The notes: generated by a model not told the origin, from the sequence alone. Numbered from the stretch's first letter, positions 47,101 to 57,549 are shown. The stretch is 64,000 nt of DNA from Opitutaceae bacterium (GCA_016795565.1 JAEUGW010000017.1:12433-76432); one strand, 5' to 3'. Program-made: numbers and translations.

Positions 47101-47863
47101 CACCAGCCGACGTGTCGCCGGCGCGCTTGATGTAGGTGGCCTTCATCTGGCCGTCGGCATACAGGCCGCCGGCGGCCGTGACGCGGCTGGTGAAAGTGAT
47201 GGTGCCCGAACCGCCGTTCTCACCCCGGGCGGTCAGGCGGTTGTTGGTGTGGACAGGGCCGGCGATGGTCATGTTGGGGCCGGGAAAGAGCTCCAGATCC
47301 ATGTTGTAGAAAATGCCGAACTGGAAGAGGGGCGTGAGGCTAAGCTGCATGTCCTGCTCGGCGTAGGAGCTGACGGAGCCCATACCGGGGTGGGAGGCCG
47401 TGGCCTTGGCGATGATCGGGATCTTGGCGGTGCTGACCTGGAGGCCGTTGTTGGGGCTGGTCACATCAGTGATCAGGACGTAGGGCGAGGCACTCTCGAT
47501 GGCGGCGCGCATCTCCATGCCGACGGAGCTGCTCGTATATGTCGTGTCGAGGATGCTGCTGGGCGGCATGTGGATGCGATTGCTGCTCGTGCCGGTCCAA
47601 GGGAACTTGCCGACCGGGGCGGAACCCATGCGGTTGAGCTTTGGGATGAGCTGCTCGGCGGAGTAGAGCGCGATGTTCTCGGACATGTTCTTGGCCCGGA
47701 GAATCAGACGATTGCGCTCGTTGCCGCGCCGCTCATTCATGCTATAGCTAAGCATGCTGGCGGTGAGCAAAGCCATCATGGCTGTCAGCATCACGACGGT
47801 GAGCAGGGCGGACCCTTTCTTACTGGCGGGAAAAGTAGCGGTGCAGTTAGGGGTTGAGTGCAT
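44123..47863 (-). CDS. Giant PilX-N-like pseudopilin-associated protein (1246 aa) with three internal repeats
   Basis: The N-terminus KKGSALLTVVMLTAMMALLTASMLSY resembles the PilX N-terminal hydrophobic helix and lacks Glu at +5. The sequence is T/G/S/N-rich. Three related modules of about 75 aa occupy residues about 486-725. The gene starts 6 nt after the upstream prepilin-like gene. Confidence 0.8.
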   Translation of the reverse strand: MHSTPNCTATFPASKKGSALLTVVMLTAMMALLTASMLSYSMNERRGNERNRLILRAKNMSENIALYSAEQLIPKLNRMGSAPVGKFPWTGTSSNRIHMPPSSILDTTYTSSSVGMEMRAAIESASPYVLITDVTSPNNGLQVSTAKIPIIAKATASHPGMGSVSSYAEQDMQLSLTPLFQFGIFYNMDLELFPGPNMTIAGPVHTNNRLTARGENGGSGTITFTSRVTAAGGLYADGQMKATYIKRAGDTSAGAGGTGGVFYKPVSGAGVNLKSSGGVWRDQKYGTATETTTTQNQFRTFATTTYGGNVRTNVHGVSKLELPGIGSYNETNLPTTPEDDRDSGRQLIEPRNPYKWNNSTALWEVTSDNDATKALKIARKAGLYIVVNPDDTIRTGKLPDGTDQPILPRSYRSWLNIINGDGTHTLREVVLPGQPSYGWNQGSTPGTTPALMADDTMYDNVLPNRYTEGTVVGSNQVVRTVQQGYNLGTGYLVNNASGYAAGTTDLAVDTGTGLIRAGEMVTIGAYRYLVQADLVGGVLKLCQPGLAVAVADNAVVTVTPPARGTGTTFVMAGAAAQNATSLNLDGDTKTILPGNMVYINPHRYLVTRAPVAAPATTATVYPIGIASPGIRPAAGAADNAPVTIDANSSAMGTGKNYFVNNAAGYPAGAQTLVLDTGVGTIHAGNILHIGSDKYLVASSLNGGVITIVPGLAAPVADNTVVTVDPLPYTGYSVIGGSGDNFPAENATQPYPADAYFFDARRANGNVGYNSNIVGGTARSTTNYKPRAIAKIDFDMARFKMMFSRVVSSAITSSGYNTAAPVAGNWTNSIFNAGGVPTTLDLGTDSDLAAAFSYTVFPTTGTAEDMNRPDPFQLYYTPAYLTPSTPGLVPADPRTLIVPAPDLALAWYDGVAIYIHSVDAERRAQTITAGKNDRIDSGVRLINGRGPAATYTTATKTGFTFVTNDAAYIIGHFNADGTIDSSTSDTGTGTPNFYGGFSATYPDSANEKLASVMADAITLLSQPTYSNASAPYFQTNGWNDAVSAFRITNSSWVSTWDTAAPSSSNQYEGLGTDATGIKPGALPTSSTPGTGGATLWKTKLPPPAATEFSTALLMGMIPSNHNANGLTDRPPLAAANAQYSGGAHNFPRLIEDWHSDMDSSISSNASLYIRGSMIALFESRVAMEPWNIRCYAAPNRFWGLHYGFTIAEHDIPLEPLVIGADRLGFRELSSSDYAVRKAYIESLPAIP

Positions 47864-47869
47864 GGCGGG

Positions 47870-48694
47870 TTATTTCCGGGGGGAGATGGTGTAATTGAAG
47901 CTACTGCTGGAGAGCATGTTGTTCACGGTGCTGCCATTGATGAACTCGACATTGATGGAGATGAAGCCGTCGGATGGGGTGGAGGTCGGCGACTCGGTGG
48001 AGAAGATCGGGTAGAGGTCGCCAGAGACATAGGGACCGTTGGGATAGGTGCCGGTCACCGGACTAACAGGCACGGCGCGACCTTTGCTGCGGGCATTCAG
48101 CAAGCGGGTGCCGGCGCGGCTCGGGTTGGAGTTCAGGTTGATGGCGCTCAACTCGGCGGCGATGCCGCTGAAGGGGTGGCCGTTGGAGGATGCTGCGGAG
48201 CCTTCACCCCAGTCGTCGGTCTCATAATAGCGGACCGGCGCCTCCGCGTTCACTCCCGCCTGGTTCGTCGTGACCCGGTAATAGATGCGGATCTGTCGGA
48301 TGTCGGTGTTGCGGTAGAGCGAGGTCTGGGTCACCAGGACGATACAGTCGCCGTGGGCGATCCACTTGTCATAGTCGTTGTCGGCGGAATCGATCTCAGG
48401 ACCCGTCGGGAAGATCGGATCGGTGGTCACATTCACCGAAGTGTCGAGCTTCGTGTAGTAATCGAAAAGGTAGAAGGTCGAGGCGTCGAGGGTCTCCTTG
48501 GTGATTTGCGCCGTGAACGCCCGGAGGCTGGCGTTGGTCGCCAGGCGCTGGGTATCTTTATACATGGTGCGCAGGCCGAAGAGGAAGGTGCTCATGGTCA
48601 TACCCAGCACCAGCACGACGATGGTCATGCTGATCATGACCTCGGCCAATGTGAAACCGGAGGTCGCTAGGCGGAGATTGCGGGTGGTTTTCAT
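47870..48694 (-). CDS. Prepilin-type N-terminal cleavage/methylation domain protein (274 aa)
   Basis: MKTTRNLRLATSG|FTLAEVMISMTIVVLVLG matches the G-F-T-L-x-E type IV prepilin motif, followed by a hydrophobic helix. Confidence 0.85.
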   Translation of the reverse strand: MKTTRNLRLATSGFTLAEVMISMTIVVLVLGMTMSTFLFGLRTMYKDTQRLATNASLRAFTAQITKETLDASTFYLFDYYTKLDTSVNVTTDPIFPTGPEIDSADNDYDKWIAHGDCIVLVTQTSLYRNTDIRQIRIYYRVTTNQAGVNAEAPVRYYETDDWGEGSAASSNGHPFSGIAAELSAINLNSNPSRAGTRLLNARSKGRAVPVSPVTGTYPNGPYVSGDLYPIFSTESPTSTPSDGFISINVEFINGSTVNNMLSSSSFNYTISPRK

Positions 48695-48803
48695 GCGCTG
48701 TGGATCCGATACGCCGAAGATTGCTTAGGCTCGGCTGGAGGAAGGGGATTGAGGGTGGATTGCATGGGGCTCGGACGTTATTGGGGACTTGCCTGAGTAT
48801 CTT

Positions 48804-49496
48804 TTACTTATCAAAGCGGCTGCGGAGGAACACCTCCCGGTCGCGCACGGTGCGGGTGGCCGCACCGTCCTCAAAGGAGTAAGTGTAGACGATGGTGATC
48901 TTCTTCACCTCGGAGACATTGCCGTCGGGGACCTCGTCGATCCAGATCCAGAGATTCAGGTTGATCTGCTGGGACATCGAGCCGGTCACGGTGGAGAGGG
49001 GCATGGCACCGATCCAATTGTCGATGGCATCCGATCCGTCGGCACCCGCGCCAGCCGCCGGCGCATTGGGAGCGGGAGTGGTGGTGGGGCCCTTGGGCGT
49101 ATCGGCGCTGCCATCGGCCAGAGTCGGGGTGTAAACGACGCGCAGCCACTTGACCGTGTTCTGGTTGATGCGGACCCGAACATTCGGTGCGGGTGTCGCT
49201 GCCGCGTCGGTGGGGTCCACCACCTGATTGGGGAGCAGCTCGGTATATTCAAGCTGCTTGATCTGCTCGACAATGCCGTAGACCACGCTGGTGCAGGCGG
49301 CATGGAGGACGCTGGCCTCTGTCGTGCGACGCGACTGGATGAAGGTGCCGATGAAGCTGAGCATCACCGTCGCCATGAGCGTCAGTGACACCATGACTTC
49401 GACGAGCGTCAGGCCGCGTTCGTGCAGGGCGGCAGCGCGATGGCGGGACCGCGCGGAGTCGGGCAAGGCAGGGAGGGGTGCGGGGTGGTGTGGCAT
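48804..49496 (-). CDS. Prepilin-type N-terminal cleavage/methylation domain protein (about 230-242 aa)
   Basis: HERG|LTLVEVMVSLTLMATVML matches the prepilin motif. The start is 49496 (MPHHP) or 49532, which gives an unusually long leader. Confidence 0.75.
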   Translation of the reverse strand: MPHHPAPLPALPDSARSRHRAAALHERGLTLVEVMVSLTLMATVMLSFIGTFIQSRRTTEASVLHAACTSVVYGIVEQIKQLEYTELLPNQVVDPTDAAATPAPNVRVRINQNTVKWLRVVYTPTLADGSADTPKGPTTTPAPNAPAAGAGADGSDAIDNWIGAMPLSTVTGSMSQQINLNLWIWIDEVPDGNVSEVKKITIVYTYSFEDGAATRTVRDREVFLRSRFDK

Positions 49497-49601
49497 TGCA
49501 CACCCATCTTGCCAGAAATACGGCCCGGGCAAAACAGACGTAAGGCCTGTGCATTAGCCTCTATCCTGGCCAGAGGCCAAAGCCTCTAACCACGGAAGGC
49601 C

Positions 49602-50273
49602 TCAGGATGCGCGCCCGCGCCCGGCCTCGGCGTAGAGGGCGGCGGCTTGGGAGCGTCGGGCGATGTCCAGCTTCGTGAAAATCGTGGCCAGGTAGTTCTT
49701 CACCGTTTTCTCGGTCAAACCCAGGCGGTCGCCGATTTCCTTGTTGGTGAGCCCCTCCGCGAGGAAGGCGACGACCCGGCGTTCCTGCGGGGACAATTGG
49801 TCAAGCTTGGCCGCCGCAGATTTTTCGCCGCGGTGCTTCATGAGGTTCAGCACCTGGCCGGACATCGAGGGATCGAGAACCGCCTGCCCCCCCGCGACGG
49901 CGCGGAGGGCGCTGGCGAGGGCCTGGCCGTCGTTGTCCTTGAGCAGGTAGCCCTGCGCGCCGGCGCTCATGGCCTCCTGCAAATTGTGCGCGTTGCTGCT
50001 GGAGGTGAGGATGAGCACCTGGGTCTGGGCGCGGGATTTCTTGATCTCCCGGCAAGTCACCACGCCGTCCCTGTCGGGCAGGTGGAGATCGAGCAGGGCG
50101 ATGTCGGGCTTGAGCTTCGCGACAGCGGCGAGCCCTTCGGCCGAAGAGCCGGCTTCGCCGACAATCTGGATGTCGGGGCAATCCTCCAGGGCGCTGCGCA
50201 GACCGAGCCGGATGATCGGGCTGTCGTCGATCAGCAGCACGCGGATCAGGCGGGTGCTCGGAGGGGCGTTCAT
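49602..50273 (-). CDS. NarL/FixJ-family response regulator (REC + LuxR HTH)
   Basis: Motifs VLLIDDSPI, IALLDLHLPDRDG and LSPQERRVVAFLAEGLTNKEIGDRLGLTEKTVKNY. Confidence 0.92.
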   Translation of the reverse strand: MNAPPSTRLIRVLLIDDSPIIRLGLRSALEDCPDIQIVGEAGSSAEGLAAVAKLKPDIALLDLHLPDRDGVVTCREIKKSRAQTQVLILTSSSNAHNLQEAMSAGAQGYLLKDNDGQALASALRAVAGGQAVLDPSMSGQVLNLMKHRGEKSAAAKLDQLSPQERRVVAFLAEGLTNKEIGDRLGLTEKTVKNYLATIFTKLDIARRSQAAALYAEAGRGRAS

Positions 50274-51523
50274 GCGGGCGACGCAACCGGGAGGGTCAGT
50301 AAAACGCGAGTCCCTTTTCCCACGGCGGATTCGATGCGCAGGCTGCCTCCGAGTGCGGCGGCGCGCGCCTCCATGTTGACCAGGCCGTGCCCGCCCGGGC
50401 TGCCCGCCTGCGGGACAAATCCGCGTCCGTCATCCTGCACCGCCAGCGCCACCTGCTGATCCCCCCGTCCAACCAACAGGGTGAGCCGGCGCGCCTGGCC
50501 GTGACGCAGGCTGTTGCTCAGCGCCTCGCGGAGGATGTTCATGATCTCGGCGATTTGCAGCGGCGGGATCAGCGCCACCGCGTCCGCGTCAATGCGCTGT
50601 TCGATCTGCACCTCCTGCCCGGCGGTGAAAGTGCCGATCAGTTCCTCGAGGGCCCCCGCGAAAGTCTGCGTCGTCACGCGGGTCGGCTCCAACTCCTCCA
50701 AGTAGGCGCGCACTTCGCGATTGAGGCGGCGCAGTTCGCCCATGCACTGGGCGAGGCGGCCCTGCAACTCGGGGGCCAGGGCGGATTTCTTCTGCACGCT
50801 CTCCAGGGTCAGACAGACGGCATAAAGGGTCTGGCAGATGTTGTCGTGCAACTCCCGCCCGAGGCGGACCCGCTCGGCCACCGAGTGGCCCAGGAGCGAG
50901 CGGTTCACCTGGAGATCCTCCTCGGCGCGGACCCGGGCCCCGTGTTCCTCGGCCAGGGCGGTGCCCCGCTCGTGCGAGATCTTGGCCAGGTGCTCCAGGC
51001 CGGCGGCTTGGGCCCGGGAGGCGTCCCATGGCGCGCGGCTGCCCGCCTCACCGGCCGGATGTCGCCGGGCGGCCATGATCACGAGGAGCAGCGGCACCAG
51101 CGCCAGCAGCAGCGACAGCAGGATGATCACGGCGGTCACGCGCTGATGGAGCATCTGCGCCTTCAACAGGGCCGGCGGGGCGAAGGATACCCGCACCTGC
51201 CAGCCGGGGGCCGCGCCCAGTTGTTCGGTAAACGTCAGGGCCCCGCGCGCCGGGTTGGTGGCGAAGGGAGCATCAATCCGGCTCAGCTCGATGGCTCCGC
51301 CGAGCATGGCGCCCAGCTCACGCTGGAAGCCCGCATCCCAGCTTTCCGGCGGGCGGCCGCTCACCGTGACGGCCCGGTTGAGGCGTTCCCGCGCCTCGGT
51401 CACCGCTATGCCCTGCAATTGCCGTGTCTCCCGCCGCAGCCACCATTGGAGGGTGATCGTCGCCCCGAGGAAGAGCAGCAGGAACAGCAGGGCCAGGCCG
51501 AGCGTGCGGGTGGAGAAATTCAT
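50270..51523 (-). CDS. Sensor histidine kinase, HisKA_3 (NarX/DegS-like) type
   Basis: Two TM segments and an H-box ELHDNICQTLYA. The ATPase motifs are LREALSNSLRHG, DDGRGF and HGLVNMEARA. The ATGA overlaps the response regulator gene. Confidence 0.9.
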   Translation of the reverse strand: MNFSTRTLGLALLFLLLFLGATITLQWWLRRETRQLQGIAVTEARERLNRAVTVSGRPPESWDAGFQRELGAMLGGAIELSRIDAPFATNPARGALTFTEQLGAAPGWQVRVSFAPPALLKAQMLHQRVTAVIILLSLLLALVPLLLVIMAARRHPAGEAGSRAPWDASRAQAAGLEHLAKISHERGTALAEEHGARVRAEEDLQVNRSLLGHSVAERVRLGRELHDNICQTLYAVCLTLESVQKKSALAPELQGRLAQCMGELRRLNREVRAYLEELEPTRVTTQTFAGALEELIGTFTAGQEVQIEQRIDADAVALIPPLQIAEIMNILREALSNSLRHGQARRLTLLVGRGDQQVALAVQDDGRGFVPQAGSPGGHGLVNMEARAAALGGSLRIESAVGKGTRVLLTLPVASPA

Positions 51524-51619
51524 ACAGGGGCGCTTACCGGGTGCAGGCTAGAGTGTTCCGGGCGGGTGCGTCAAAACCTTCGACAAACGTCCGCCGACAG
51601 GTAGGTTTTTGACCCTTTT

Positions 51620-53148
<1,529 letters not shown>

Positions 53149-53152
<4 letters not shown>

Positions 53153-54564
53153 GGGTTCTCCCGGTCAACCCGGAGGCGAATGCCACGCCCGAGTCGCTGC
53201 GGGCGTTTCTGACGCAGTGCGCCGCCCTGGCCGGAGAGGCGGGGCGCCCGCAGTTGGTCAGCATCAGCCTGTCGGTCGAGCATCTCGATCCGCTGGCGGT
53301 GCTCGAATCCATCTTTGAGCCGACTCACCTGCATTTCTACGCGGAGCGCCCCGCGCAGGGATTTGCCGTGGCCGGGGCGGAGGCCGTGCTGGAATTCACC
53401 GCCACCGGTCCCGGGCGCTTTGCCGCCGCCCAAGCCTTCATCGCCCGGACGCTGGCCGACGCGATAGCGATTGGCCCGCTGGAAGAGGCGTTTGCCGGCC
53501 CACATTTCTTTTTCGCCAGCAGCTTTGCCGATGAGGTGCCGGCCGACGCCGCGTTCCCGGCGTTGCGCCTGTTTGTGCCGCGATGGCAGGTGGCCCGGCG
53601 GGAGGATCGCACGGTGGCGGTGGCCAACCTGCTCATCACGCCGGATGCCCCCATCGATGTGTTGGCGGCAAAAGTCTGGAAAGCCCACGCCAAGTTCCGC
53701 GCCTTCGACTACGGCCGGGCCAAGCGGCGGGAGCGGCCGTCCGCGCCCAAGGAGACCGCGGAACTCGGCGGCGATTACCCGGGCGCGGTGGCGCAGGCGC
53801 TGCAGGAGATCGCCGGGGGGGATTACCACAAGGTGGTGCTGGCCCGGGCCCGACGGCTCGCCACCCGCGAGCAGTTTCACCCGCTCAGCGTGCTCAATCA
53901 CCTGCGACAGCACTACCCGGAATGCTACGCCTTCTCGATCGGGAACGGTCGCGGGGCGAGTTTCATCGGGGCGAGTCCCGAGCGGTTGGTGCGCGTGGCC
54001 GGCGGGCGCATGCACACCGAGGCGCTGGCCGGCTCGGCACCCCGGGGTGACTCGGCAAGCGCGGACGCGGCCTGCGCCCGGGAGCTGTTGCACAGCGAAA
54101 AGGACCTGCGCGAGCACCGGCTCGTGCTCGAGTCCATCGCCCGCCGCGTGGCCGACCTGGGACTGAAGCTGGAACACGCCGCCCAGCCGCGCGTGCTGGG
54201 CTTGGCCAACGTGCAGCATCTGCACCTGCCGATCAGCGCCACGCTGCCGGCGGGCGTGCAGATCCTCGATCTCGTGGCCCGCCTGCACCCGACCCCGGCG
54301 GTGGGGGGCACGCCGCGCGCGGCGGCCGTCTCCGCCATCGCGCGGCTGGAGGGGTTCTCCCGCGGGCTCTACGCCGGCCCGCAGGGCTGGGTGGATCACC
54401 GCGGAGGCGGGGAATTCTTCGTCGGCATCCGCTCGGCGCTGGTTGACGGACGCACGGCGACCGTCTTTGCCGGGGCGGGCATCGTGGCGGGTTCGTCCCC
54501 CGAGAAGGAATTTGCCGAGACCGAGCTGAAATTCCAGGCTCTGATCAAAGCCCTCACCGACTGA
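53149..54564 (+). CDS. menF: Isochorismate synthase (menaquinone-specific)
   Basis: Chorismate-binding signature LHPTPAVGG.P, then GLYAGP.GW and GIRSAL. The GTGA overlaps the metG stop. menD follows. Confidence 0.85.
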
Positions 54565-54579
54565 TGCAAGGGATTAAGC

Positions 54580-54640
54580 ATGGAACTCAGAAAATCAGGA
54601 ACGGAACTCGGCCTTTGCTTCCTGATTTCCTGAGTTCCAT
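54580..54640. repeat. Intergenic 22-nt-arm hairpin between menF and menD
   Basis: ATGGAACTCAGAAAATCAGGAA (54580-54601) pairs with TTCCTGATTTCCTGAGTTCCAT (54619-54640), with one mismatch. Weaker flanking symmetry (GATTAAGC / GCTTAACC) extends the structure. Confidence 0.75.
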
Positions 54641-54658
54641 ATTCCATTCCGCTTAACC

Positions 54659-56374
54659 ATGTCCCTCGACTTCCGAAACACCAACAGCCTGTGGGCCAGC
54701 GTGCTCGTCGAGACACTGTATCGGCTGGGCCTGCGCGAAGCCGTGATCTCCCCGGGCTCGCGCTCGACTCCGCTGACGATGGCCTTCGCCCGGCACGCGG
54801 GCATCGAGGCGATTCCCGTGCTGGACGAACGCTCGGCCGCCTTCTTTGCGCTGGGCCTGGCGCGCCAGCATCAGCGTCCCGTCGTGCTGCTCTGCACCAG
54901 CGGCACGGCCGGGGCCAATTACCTGCCCGCGCTCATCGAGGCGCAGGAAAGCGGCGTGCCGCTGCTCGTCATCACCGCCGACCGGCCGCCCGAGATGCGC
55001 GCGTGCCGCTCCGGCCAGACCATCGACCAGCAGAAGCTTTTCGGCGGCCACGTGAATTTTTATCATGAGTTCGCGGTGCCGCAGGCGACCCTGCCGATGC
55101 TCCGCTACCTGCGTCAGACGGTCGCCCACGCCTGGGAGCGCAGCCAATGGCTGTGCTCCGGCCCCGTGCACCTCAATGCTCCGTTCCGCGATCCGCTGCC
55201 GCCGATCGAGGATGGCAGCACGGACGCGGTGCGCCCGGCGCTCAACGAACGGAAGTTTTTCGCCGCGCTTCGCCCGCCGCAACACGGGGAGTCGCAGTTG
55301 ACCTCCGCCGTGCGCCTTGGTGGTCGCGGGATCATCGTGGCCGGACAGGTCCGCCCGGGCGACCCGGCGGCGTATGCCCGCGCGGTCGGGCAACTGGCGC
55401 GGCGGCTCGGCTGGCCCGTGCTGGCCGACGCCTTGTCGCCGCTGCGGCACCAGGCGCACCTCGTGCCCAACCTGGTCGCAACCTATGATGCCATCGCCCG
55501 CTCGGCCGGTCTGACGAAACGGCTCCAGCCGGATCATGTTCTGTGTCTGCACGACTGGCCGACGAGCAAGGCGCTGCGCCAGTGGCTGACGGCGGAGGAC
55601 ACGGCCGTCACCATGGTGCGCAGCGACAGCCAGAACCCCGACGCCCTGCACAGTCGCACGACACTGATTCGCACTTCCGTGGAATCGCTGGCGGCCACGG
55701 TCCGTCCCGGTCCGAAGGAGAGGGGCTGGCTGGAGGCATGGATGGCGGGTGAGCGGAGCATGGCCCGCCGCCTTCGGAGCGGGCTGGCCGTGACATCAGG
55801 ACTATTCGAGGGCCGCGCGAGTGCGCTCCTGCCGGGCCTGCTGCCGAAGGGCACGCCGCTGTTCGTGGCGAACAGCATGCCGGTGCGCGATCTGGAGTAT
55901 TTCTGCCCGGCGAACAGCCGCGGCCTTGACGTGCACTGCAACCGGGGGGCCAACGGCATTGATGGCACGCTCTCGACGGCTCTCGGGGTGGCGCATGGCA
56001 ACCAACCGGCCGTTCTCCTGACCGGGGATCTCGCGCTGCTGCATGACACGAACGGGTTTCTCTCCAGCCCCAAGTTCAAGGGCAGCCTGACCATCGTGCT
56101 CATCAACAACCGGGGCGGCGGCATCTTCGGGCATCTGCCGGTGGCGCGGTTCGATCCGCCCTTCGAGGAGTATTTCGCCACGCCGCAGCGCGCCGATTTC
56201 GGCAAGCTGGCTGCCGCCTACGGTGTCCGGCATGTGGTGGTGCGCGACTGGCGGCATTTCGCGCAACTGCTCGGGAGGCTGCCGGCGCGCGGCATCCGCG
56301 TGCTGGAGGTGCGCACGGACCGCCAGCGGGATGCCCGGACGCGACGGGAAATGTTTGCGCGCCTGGCCCGCTGA
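54659..56374 (+). CDS. menD: 2-succinyl-5-enolpyruvyl-6-hydroxy-3-cyclohexene-1-carboxylate synthase
   Basis: ThDP-enzyme layout with N-terminal NTNSLWASVLVETL..GL.....SPGSRSTPL and the C-terminal ThDP motif GDLALLHD...N. The menF context supports the call. Confidence 0.9.
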   Translation: MSLDFRNTNSLWASVLVETLYRLGLREAVISPGSRSTPLTMAFARHAGIEAIPVLDERSAAFFALGLARQHQRPVVLLCTSGTAGANYLPALIEAQESGVPLLVITADRPPEMRACRSGQTIDQQKLFGGHVNFYHEFAVPQATLPMLRYLRQTVAHAWERSQWLCSGPVHLNAPFRDPLPPIEDGSTDAVRPALNERKFFAALRPPQHGESQLTSAVRLGGRGIIVAGQVRPGDPAAYARAVGQLARRLGWPVLADALSPLRHQAHLVPNLVATYDAIARSAGLTKRLQPDHVLCLHDWPTSKALRQWLTAEDTAVTMVRSDSQNPDALHSRTTLIRTSVESLAATVRPGPKERGWLEAWMAGERSMARRLRSGLAVTSGLFEGRASALLPGLLPKGTPLFVANSMPVRDLEYFCPANSRGLDVHCNRGANGIDGTLSTALGVAHGNQPAVLLTGDLALLHDTNGFLSSPKFKGSLTIVLINNRGGGIFGHLPVARFDPPFEEYFATPQRADFGKLAAAYGVRHVVVRDWRHFAQLLGRLPARGIRVLEVRTDRQRDARTRREMFARLAR

Positions 56375-56385
56375 GTGCGTCCGGC

Positions 56386-57477
56386 CTATTCCCTCAGCGG
56401 CAGTTGCAGGGTGAAGGTCGTCCCGGCGCGGGTGGAGTGAAAGTCGATCGCCCCATGGTGCGCCTCGACGACGGACTTGGCGATGGCCAGGCCGAGGCCG
56501 GTGCCGCCGATTTTGCCCTGGCTGACGAATGGTTCAAAAAGAGTCGTCTGGATGGCCCGTGGGACACCCGGCCCGTTGTCCGCGACGGTGATCACGCAAT
56601 GGCTCTTCACGCGGCGGGCGGCGACGGTTATCCGGCCGCCCGGTTGCTTGCCCAGTGCCTCGCGGGCGTTGGTAACCAGGTTTTGCAGCACCCGGAGGAG
56701 GCGGTCGGGGTCGAGCGGCAGCTTGAGGGCGGTGGGCCTGACGCGCAGCTTCACGCCCACCTGCTCGAACGCGACGATGTTGTTCTCTTGCAACTGGGCG
56801 AACACCTCCCCCAACGGCGCGATGCGCAGGGACAGTCGGGTTTCGCCGCGGGCGAAGTCCAGCACGCCCTCCACCATGTCGCCCAGCCGGCCGACCTGCC
56901 GGAGGATCATGGCGCAGAGCTCCTGCGTGCCGGGCTGGCGGTCGCGCTTGGCGATGAGCTCGGCCGCGAGCTTGATGGTGGAGAAGGGGCCGCGAAAATC
57001 ATGCACCATGCCGTTGGCCATCTCGCCAATCAGGGAGAGCTTCTCCTTGCGCACGACCTCGGTGACGTAACGCGCGTTCGTGGCCCGCAGGTCCTCGCTG
57101 ATGTGGCTGAAGAGCCGGAGCACGGTGTGCCAGGAGGACCGGGCGAGCAGTTGCAGAAAGGGGCGGGGGGCGATGCGGCCGAGCTGGACCGGGCCGTCGG
57201 CCACCGCCGAGGTGCTGCGGGTGGAGCCGTCCAGCACGCCGAGTTCGCCAAAATAATCGTCGGGCCCCTTGTAGGCGATGATCTGCGCGGCGCCGCCGGG
57301 GGACTGCTTGGTCAGGGCCACCCGGCCGTGCAGCACGAGGTAGATGCAGTTCGATTCGCTGCCTTCCTCGAAAATGACGGCCTGATGGGGGAAACGGACG
57401 AGACGCACCGCCTTGGCCAGCACGGCCCCCTGGGCGGCGGGGAAATGGCTGATGAAGCGGTGCGAGCGGACATCCAT
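56386..57477 (-). CDS. Cyclic-nucleotide-binding domain histidine kinase (soluble)
   Basis: The N-terminal cNMP-binding-like region contains IFEEGSESNCIYLVLHGRV...FGELGVLDG..RSTSA. An H-box-like MVHDFRGP follows. The HATPase motifs are NLVTNAREA, DNGPGV and GTGLGL. There are no TM segments. Confidence 0.8.
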   Translation of the reverse strand: MDVRSHRFISHFPAAQGAVLAKAVRLVRFPHQAVIFEEGSESNCIYLVLHGRVALTKQSPGGAAQIIAYKGPDDYFGELGVLDGSTRSTSAVADGPVQLGRIAPRPFLQLLARSSWHTVLRLFSHISEDLRATNARYVTEVVRKEKLSLIGEMANGMVHDFRGPFSTIKLAAELIAKRDRQPGTQELCAMILRQVGRLGDMVEGVLDFARGETRLSLRIAPLGEVFAQLQENNIVAFEQVGVKLRVRPTALKLPLDPDRLLRVLQNLVTNAREALGKQPGGRITVAARRVKSHCVITVADNGPGVPRAIQTTLFEPFVSQGKIGGTGLGLAIAKSVVEAHHGAIDFHSTRAGTTFTLQLPLRE

Positions 57478-57549
57478 GGCAATAGCGCAGCAAGGCGGAA
57501 ACGCCGCACGACGAAAAGGCTGAAAAGCGCGGAGCAGCCGCCGGGGCCG

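Noticed and set aside
45800-47857. 685-aa ORF on the plus strand
   Set aside because: It is antisense to the 1246-aa PilX-like gene. The translation is Gly/Ala/Asp/Val-rich without motifs. The minus-strand reading has a coherent N-terminal helix, internal repeats and operon context.
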